Shown here piece after piece: positions 59,253 to 64,000 of a DNA stretch of 64,000 bases; position 1 is the first letter of the stretch; each line of letters opens with the position of its first letter. The DNA is taken from positions 1-64,000 of IMG/VR virus record IMGVR_UViG_3300045988_120893; one strand, given 5' to 3'. The stretch comes from a virus. The notes beneath the pieces were generated by a model. It saw only the letters and a program-made list of their open reading frames with translations. It was not told where the DNA came from and made no database searches. Position numbers and translations under genes: made by a program.

Positions 59253-60127
59253 TCATTCATCTCCTTATATACTTCTCTTATTACATCATCAAAAAACATA
59301 GGAAATCCCTTTTTATTCATTATTGCTGTAACTTCCGTCTGTTCTAACGACCATATCATCATCACTTCTTTGCATTGTTCGATACTTCTTTTTAAATTAT
59401 TTTGTGTTAGCATTATTGAGCATATATAATGTAATCCGTCCATATATATTTGCCACTGTTCATCGTCCGACAGTGGCTTTTTTGCCTTACTAGAATAATC
59501 ATTTATCAGACTTTCCCAAAATCGATCAAAGTTACTATCCACTAACTCATTTTTTCGCATATATGTGGCATGATAATCTTCTTGCAACGATATTATTAAA
59601 TTTTTTAATTTTATTTGATGCATATTGTCACATGCAAAAACAAAGTTAGCTATCTTAATCCACGCTTTACGCTGTAATAAAATATCTCCCCACGCATCTT
59701 CATATATAAATTTTTTACTCCTGCTCTTACCAATATATTTGTTGCATAGAGTATTTAAGTCCGCACAAAAGTCCGTATCATTATTTGTCATGGATGGCGA
59801 AAAATAATCCATATGTTTTATATAACAATCATTATCAAGTATAAAATACTGACATTTTATTTTTTTTTCTCCAAACGCAACACTCCCAAAAGGTTTTATT
59901 CCTTTTAGAATTTTTAGTTTTTGTAATTTAACACCACTTTCTGCGACTTTTAAAACTTCATATTTTGTCCCAAAGTCTCCTATCTTATTTGGAAGATTAT
60001 CTAGGATTTTGAAGTTTTCAACAAGTAGTCTCTTGACTGTGTTCATATCCAAACCCAATGCTTTTAATTTCTCTGTTTTTTCAACAATTTCGTCAATTAG
60101 TTTTTCTTCGTCACTCATTATCTCCAC
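59240..60127 (-). CDS. Orphan hypothetical protein (295 aa), AT-rich
   Basis: Long ORF. Visibly lower GC than its neighbours. No motif recognised. Confidence 0.65.
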   Translation of the reverse strand: MEIMSDEEKLIDEIVEKTEKLKALGLDMNTVKRLLVENFKILDNLPNKIGDFGTKYEVLKVAESGVKLQKLKILKGIKPFGSVAFGEKKIKCQYFILDNDCYIKHMDYFSPSMTNNDTDFCADLNTLCNKYIGKSRSKKFIYEDAWGDILLQRKAWIKIANFVFACDNMHQIKLKNLIISLQEDYHATYMRKNELVDSNFDRFWESLINDYSSKAKKPLSDDEQWQIYMDGLHYICSIMLTQNNLKRSIEQCKEVMMIWSLEQTEVTAIMNKKGFPMFFDDVIREVYKEMNECNV

Positions 60128-60497
60128 CTGCCTTTAACTGTTCTTCCAGACAGTGTTTCAGTGCATACATAACCGTGTAATCAAGTACGTTGATTTCATC
60201 TGGTTTATTCTTTTTTCTATAATCGTACTTAAAAATTTCACTTCTCAAAGCACTTGCCAGTTTCAACGGCTCTAACGGATTGTTAATATCATCAAGATAC
60301 TGCATCTCCATTTTCTGTTTGTACTCTCTAAGCTCTTTCAGCTCTTCCAGACACTCTGCAAACTGTTCATGTTCTTCCACGCATTTATTAATCTTTTCAA
60401 TGCTATCACATGTTAATCTCCCAAAATACTTATCTAGTAGAGATCTCTGTCTTTCAACTATTTCTCTTTCATGTTTAATTAATTCATCAATCGTCAT
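60111..60497 (-). CDS. Hypothetical coiled-coil protein (128 aa)
   Basis: ORF overlapping the start of the downstream gene. Confidence 0.6.
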   Translation of the reverse strand: MTIDELIKHEREIVERQRSLLDKYFGRLTCDSIEKINKCVEEHEQFAECLEELKELREYKQKMEMQYLDDINNPLEPLKLASALRSEIFKYDYRKKNKPDEINVLDYTVMYALKHCLEEQLKAGGDNE

Positions 60498-60617
60498 ATA
60501 CCCAATCCCTTTCCCTCTTGTAAGTGGACATTCTCTACAATGAACTTTTCCTGATTCATCTTGCGCACTGTACTTATCGCATATTTCCTGTTCTCTCTTA
60601 TTGGTTATCAGTTATGC

Positions 60618-61202
60618 TCACTCCTTCACATAATTATTCATGTATGTATCTATCTTGCTTAGGTATGCAAGTCCATACTTGTTGTTTATTTTTATTTCCC
60701 ATTCTGGCATCAGTTCATCCGCTGATACGGATGCTTTCCCAGGTGTTGTCCATGACATTCCATGCCAGATAACGGATGCTTTTTTTCTTTTGTCCCTGAT
60801 CCACATATTTCTTGCGGCAGACCAGAACGCCCATGGCACAAGGAAGAACCGCTCCAGATTAAACGATACAAGCACTGCTCCGAATCCTGCACCAGACTCT
60901 CCGACAAAATCATTAAGGAACTTTGCCTGGTGGTCTTTCACCTCATTAAAGCTGATTCTACTGCTTTTCGTGTGTTTCGCTTCGATTGCTACCGGTATAC
61001 CCCGATATCTACCCATGAAGTCAACAGGTGCTTTCCTGTCAACCTTGCAGCTTATTACCTTGCCCTGTCTGTTTCTCAAAGGGATAAACTCTGTTGGTAC
61101 TTTCTCAACTACCGCTATCCCTGCCGACCTGTACCTGGCATTGGAATACTCCACAAATTCTTCAAAAGCCATGCCACGTCCAGCGTAACTAATGTTTTTC
61201 AT
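60618..61202 (-). CDS. recU: Holliday junction resolvase RecU
   Basis: [31 protein letters not shown] ~ B. subtilis [52 protein letters not shown]..F....DHQAKFL ~ [21 protein letters not shown]..F....DHQIEHM. Confidence 0.85.
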   Translation of the reverse strand: [194 protein letters not shown]

Positions 61203-61492
61203 TTTTTTACCTCCAATGCTTTTTCTATATCCCAACCTCTTTTTATTCTCCCATACAGTGTATGGTAGTTAATTCCAACTATATCTGACAACTGTTTAAG
61301 AGTTTTACTTTCTCCGTTATATTCATAAACCAGATTGTAACTCACATTATTTGCTTGCTCCTTCATCGTTGCCCATCGGCAGTTTCCACAATCACATTTA
61401 CACAGAAACCTCATTCTGCCATCATATGGCCTATCGCATTCTATGATAACAACGAGTTTTCCAAATCGTTCTCCTATCAAATCTTTTTCCAT
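61199..61492 (-). CDS. Truncated paralog of the 50277..51146 endonuclease-like gene
   Basis: Start at MEKDLIGERFGKLVVI. One FLCKCDCGN zinc-ribbon start is joined directly to CRWATMKEQANN and a C-terminal HTH-like tail. Confidence 0.55.
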   Translation of the reverse strand: MEKDLIGERFGKLVVIIECDRPYDGRMRFLCKCDCGNCRWATMKEQANNVSYNLVYEYNGESKTLKQLSDIVGINYHTLYGRIKRGWDIEKALEVKK

Positions 61493-61496
61493 TCTT

Positions 61497-62177
61497 TCAC
61501 ATCTCTCTTTCTGATTTTTTAGAAAATTTTTCATATCTTTCAAGCACTCCCTGGCTGTAAGAAGTGGAATAAACTTCATCTCTCCATAGCCTTTTCGCAC
61601 AAGGCTCTCCCATGTTGTATGCCATGAGTGCAAGGTTTTTGTATTCATATTTTTCAAGATATTCTCTGATTATTTCAATTCCGCAATAGGTGTTGTCGTA
61701 TGGGTTCGTGAAGTCCTTTTCTCCATACTTTTCTTCAAAATAACCATGGACGCTTTCATTGATCTGCATGAGTCCATAATCTTCTGTGACACTTACGGCC
61801 ATTGGGTCATAATTGCTTTCCTGCTCTATGATTGCGATAACCAGGCAATAGAAATCATCATCATATCCGCATTCTTTATAAATGAATTTTTGAAGTTCGT
61901 CGCTTAATGGAATATCAAGATTCTGTGGTAATATTTCCGGTGGTGGCCCAGTGTGGATTTCTTCTTGTGGTTTTATTTCTTTTTCCGTGGATTGTTCTGT
62001 GGGTGTTTCCTTTGGTTCTTCTGCTTGTGTTTTTTCCTGATGTTCTTCTACCTGTTCCTCTTGATAGGTATTTTTCTCTTTCGCACAATACCTGTCTTCC
62101 ATGACAAGGAACAAAGTGAACATGGGTATAAGTATAACCATTCCAACACATATCATGTAATTTTTAAATTTTCTCAT
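61497..62177 (-). CDS. Membrane-anchored lytic transglycosylase (SLT domain)
   Basis: N-terminal TM segment. IAIIEQESNYDP...GLMQINE...AYNMG. Confidence 0.85.
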   Translation of the reverse strand: MRKFKNYMICVGMVILIPMFTLFLVMEDRYCAKEKNTYQEEQVEEHQEKTQAEEPKETPTEQSTEKEIKPQEEIHTGPPPEILPQNLDIPLSDELQKFIYKECGYDDDFYCLVIAIIEQESNYDPMAVSVTEDYGLMQINESVHGYFEEKYGEKDFTNPYDNTYCGIEIIREYLEKYEYKNLALMAYNMGEPCAKRLWRDEVYSTSYSQGVLERYEKFSKKSEREM

Positions 62178-62232
62178 AGGCTGCTCCTTCCATCTTCTTT
62201 GGTGGGACTCATGTGTCCCACCATGTTTCTTC

Positions 62233-63528
62233 TTATATTAGTTTTTTTAGCCTTTGGATTGTTGATTTCGGTATCCCTGTCACTTCTACCAGCTTCCGTA
62301 CAGACAGTTCAGGATTTTCATTCATTGCTTTTCTTATGATCTCAACCTTTTCAATAACTGCTGCCTTGTCGTCCGCTATCTTCTGTTCCATGGTACGCAT
62401 ACCGGCTTCTCTTCGTTGTTCTTCTTTCCTTTTCAGCTCTCTTCTTCTTTTCTCCGCCGGATTTATGATAGTCTCTAAATGAACCATTTCATCCTGCGTG
62501 ATATCCAGCCAGCTTATAAGTTTTGCATTGCTTATGTTATATCCCGCTCCCGGATATCCTCTTTTTATTGCCTGTTCATTTGCTTCCTTGTTGCTCCTTG
62601 CTTCATATGCTTTTTCTGCACTTTTCGTTGCCGTTTTAAGTTCTTTTTCTTGTAATGGGGAAGTAAAAGTTTCATTCAGTTCTTTTGTCTGCCTGTAGGC
62701 TTCTTCCTTATCATCACAAAAGCAGCACATCCAGTACCGGTACAGGAAGCATATTGTTTCCCTGTATCCTGTAACATTGTACTCCCTCAATTCCACCAGT
62801 TTTGTTATGTCAAGCAATCTGGCATGGTTCAGTGAGTACACGTTGAATAGCTGTATAATCTTTCTTTTCCTGCCGGGTTTCTTTTCCTTCTTAGGTGTCA
62901 GATCTGGTAGATAATCATACTGTATATCCCTGATATTATACCTATAGTCATGCCTGTAATCGACATGTACTATGGCATTGTTTTTTGAATTTATGCTTCC
63001 GGCTATCCTGAAAACCCTTGACGCATCAACTGCTCTCGGATCTCCTCCAACGTCCTTTAGCTGTTCAAGAAGATATCTCTGTATGCTGTTCCATAACGGA
63101 AGTGCCTTGTATGGAACCGGTTCTATCAGCCATATCAGAACCAATCCCCTTCCGCTGTGTATTATGAGGTTCGGTTCTGGTATGCTCTGTCGGAAACATT
63201 CCAGTTCCAGCTTTCCAATAACCCACTTCGGGTCATAGTTCATGTTATAACAGTCGATATCCACATACAGATTCCGTAACTGCCTTATATTTTCGATTCT
63301 TCGTTGTGGACGGTAGAAGGTATTTTGGCTGCAATATACATCCTCTTCGCCAATGCAATTAGACAGTTCTTCAATCAGTTGCTCTTTCTTGTAATGCCGC
63401 TGAACAAATTTTCCATCTACTTTTTTGGCTATGGTTATGTAGCCGTCAGCACTGTCATGCTGGAACAGTATTTGATTCCTAGCTTCTTCTATCTGAGAAT
63501 CATATTTCAATGCACTTGTGCTATTCAA
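62233..63528 (-). CDS. Replication initiator candidate with primase-polymerase (AEP)-like motifs and C-terminal HTH
   Basis: TTG start with a GGAAAGGAAG SD. LYVDIDCY (DxD), IIHSGRGLVLIW, C-terminal VRKLVEVTGIPKSTIQRLKKL. Confidence 0.6.
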   Translation of the reverse strand: MNSTSALKYDSQIEEARNQILFQHDSADGYITIAKKVDGKFVQRHYKKEQLIEELSNCIGEEDVYCSQNTFYRPQRRIENIRQLRNLYVDIDCYNMNYDPKWVIGKLELECFRQSIPEPNLIIHSGRGLVLIWLIEPVPYKALPLWNSIQRYLLEQLKDVGGDPRAVDASRVFRIAGSINSKNNAIVHVDYRHDYRYNIRDIQYDYLPDLTPKKEKKPGRKRKIIQLFNVYSLNHARLLDITKLVELREYNVTGYRETICFLYRYWMCCFCDDKEEAYRQTKELNETFTSPLQEKELKTATKSAEKAYEARSNKEANEQAIKRGYPGAGYNISNAKLISWLDITQDEMVHLETIINPAEKRRRELKRKEEQRREAGMRTMEQKIADDKAAVIEKVEIIRKAMNENPELSVRKLVEVTGIPKSTIQRLKKLI

Positions 63529-63609
63529 TTTTTTTCTTCCTTTCCACTAGAAAGGAATGTATAACTGTGGTATACTTAGACAAAATAAATAAGGGTTATA
63601 CAAACCTTT

Positions 63610-63658
63610 CGAAAAAATCTTCCTACAGGCGGCCAAACCAACAGGAGGATTTTTTTTG
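63610..63658 (-). terminator. Rho-independent terminator candidate upstream of rep
   Basis: Minus strand: AAAAAAATCCTCCTGTTGG-loop-CCTGTAGGAAGATTTTTT (imperfect stem). Confidence 0.5.
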
Positions 63659-63780
63659 CCCTTTTTTTCTCATATTCTATCATATTAGTGCAATTTTTGA
63701 TAGATTATAGTTGTTTTGATAGAAAAATCGTTAATATTGTTACATTTTTGTGTGATATATAATTAGGTAACATACATGCG

Positions 63781-63999
63781 TTAAAAAGGTGCTTTATTTA
63801 CTGTTATTACTGTTCCTTTCTCTGCCGCATATGCCTTGTAACATATGCTTTCTTTGTTTACTTCCTGCATCTCTTCCAGAAAAGCCGTTCTGTCTGAATT
63901 GTGACCACTTAAATGTAACATGCATACATTGTATAGGCTCATGCTTTTATTCGCTTCCACAAACCTTTTTGCGGTGTCAAATGACATGTGGCTTTTCAT
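63781..63999 (-). CDS. Hypothetical protein (72 aa or longer; may be truncated by the window edge)
   Basis: The ORF starts at ATG 63997-63999, 1 nt from the window end. Confidence 0.45.
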   Translation of the reverse strand: MKSHMSFDTAKRFVEANKSMSLYNVCMLHLSGHNSDRTAFLEEMQEVNKESICYKAYAAEKGTVITVNKAPF

Positions 64000-64000
64000 T

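Noticed and set aside
61199-61657. Long forms of track ORFs (61199..61657 and 100..567)
   Set aside because: The N-terminal extensions overlap the preceding genes by 80-160 nt. Internal Met codons with an SD give non-overlapping, homology-consistent starts.
1-64000. Known defence or counter-defence hallmarks and RNA genes (reverse transcriptase for retron/DGR, cas genes, CD-NTase/TIR/SIR2 motifs, ToxN-type repeats, tRNA, rRNA)
   Set aside because: None was recognised by eye in any listed ORF or intergenic region. Absence by inspection is not proof. HMM, tRNAscan and Infernal scans are needed.

Overview
The whole 64-kb window is phage-derived. I saw no host housekeeping genes, tRNA, rRNA or CRISPR array. 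It reads as a contractile-tailed, PBSX/Xkd-like temperate phage, or possibly a phage-plasmid, of a low-GC Firmicute. The Clostridia-like flavour comes from a Spo0A-domain gene, RecU, XkdX and AGGAGG-type ribosome-binding sites. There are about 95 genes, nearly all on the minus strand.

Gene order reading the minus strand from 64000 downward:
- early/replication block: AEP-like Rep, SLT transglycosylase, RecU, orphan genes
- operon of two ParB-like genes, an ABC-ATPase/GNAT fusion and a truncated formyltransferase
- terS, then terL (interrupted by a mini-intein), an HNH-like gene, portal
- DUF2829 (Tad2-like) gene, a lambda-O/DnaD-like gene with internal iterons, MuF
- plus-strand moron cassette at 44.4-45.6 kb
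- 912-aa polyvalent head protein, scaffold, decoration, major capsid, connector genes
- sheath, tube, chaperone with -1 frameshift, 1604-aa tape measure, LysM/XkdQ-R-S-T-U baseplate, two tail-fibre sets, holin and endolysin
- plus-strand cassette at 11.5-14.2 kb with an XRE regulator, then a divergent promoter/operator region
- HNH, multi-TRD C5 methyltransferase, orphan genes, ParA + RHH partition pair
- large serine recombinase (plus strand), Spo0A_C-like gene, Rad50/SbcC-like ATPase

Most interesting observations:
1. The terL intein has no in-frame endonuclease domain. Its centre is the exact antisense of a free-standing HNH gene with its own near-consensus promoter and SD.
2. The ParB x2 / ABC-GNAT / Fmt-like operon is fused to the packaging genes. 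It is a candidate uncharacterised nucleic-acid modification module.
3. A protein-like 144-codon alternate-frame ORF is nested in the C5 methyltransferase.
4. A 72-nt structured leader is duplicated in inverted orientation.
5. A tandem ACACAGAA box is shared by at least five promoters.
6. Lambda-ori-like iterons sit inside a replication gene in the head module.

All functional calls come from motif reading by eye and from memory of protein families. No database search was possible.
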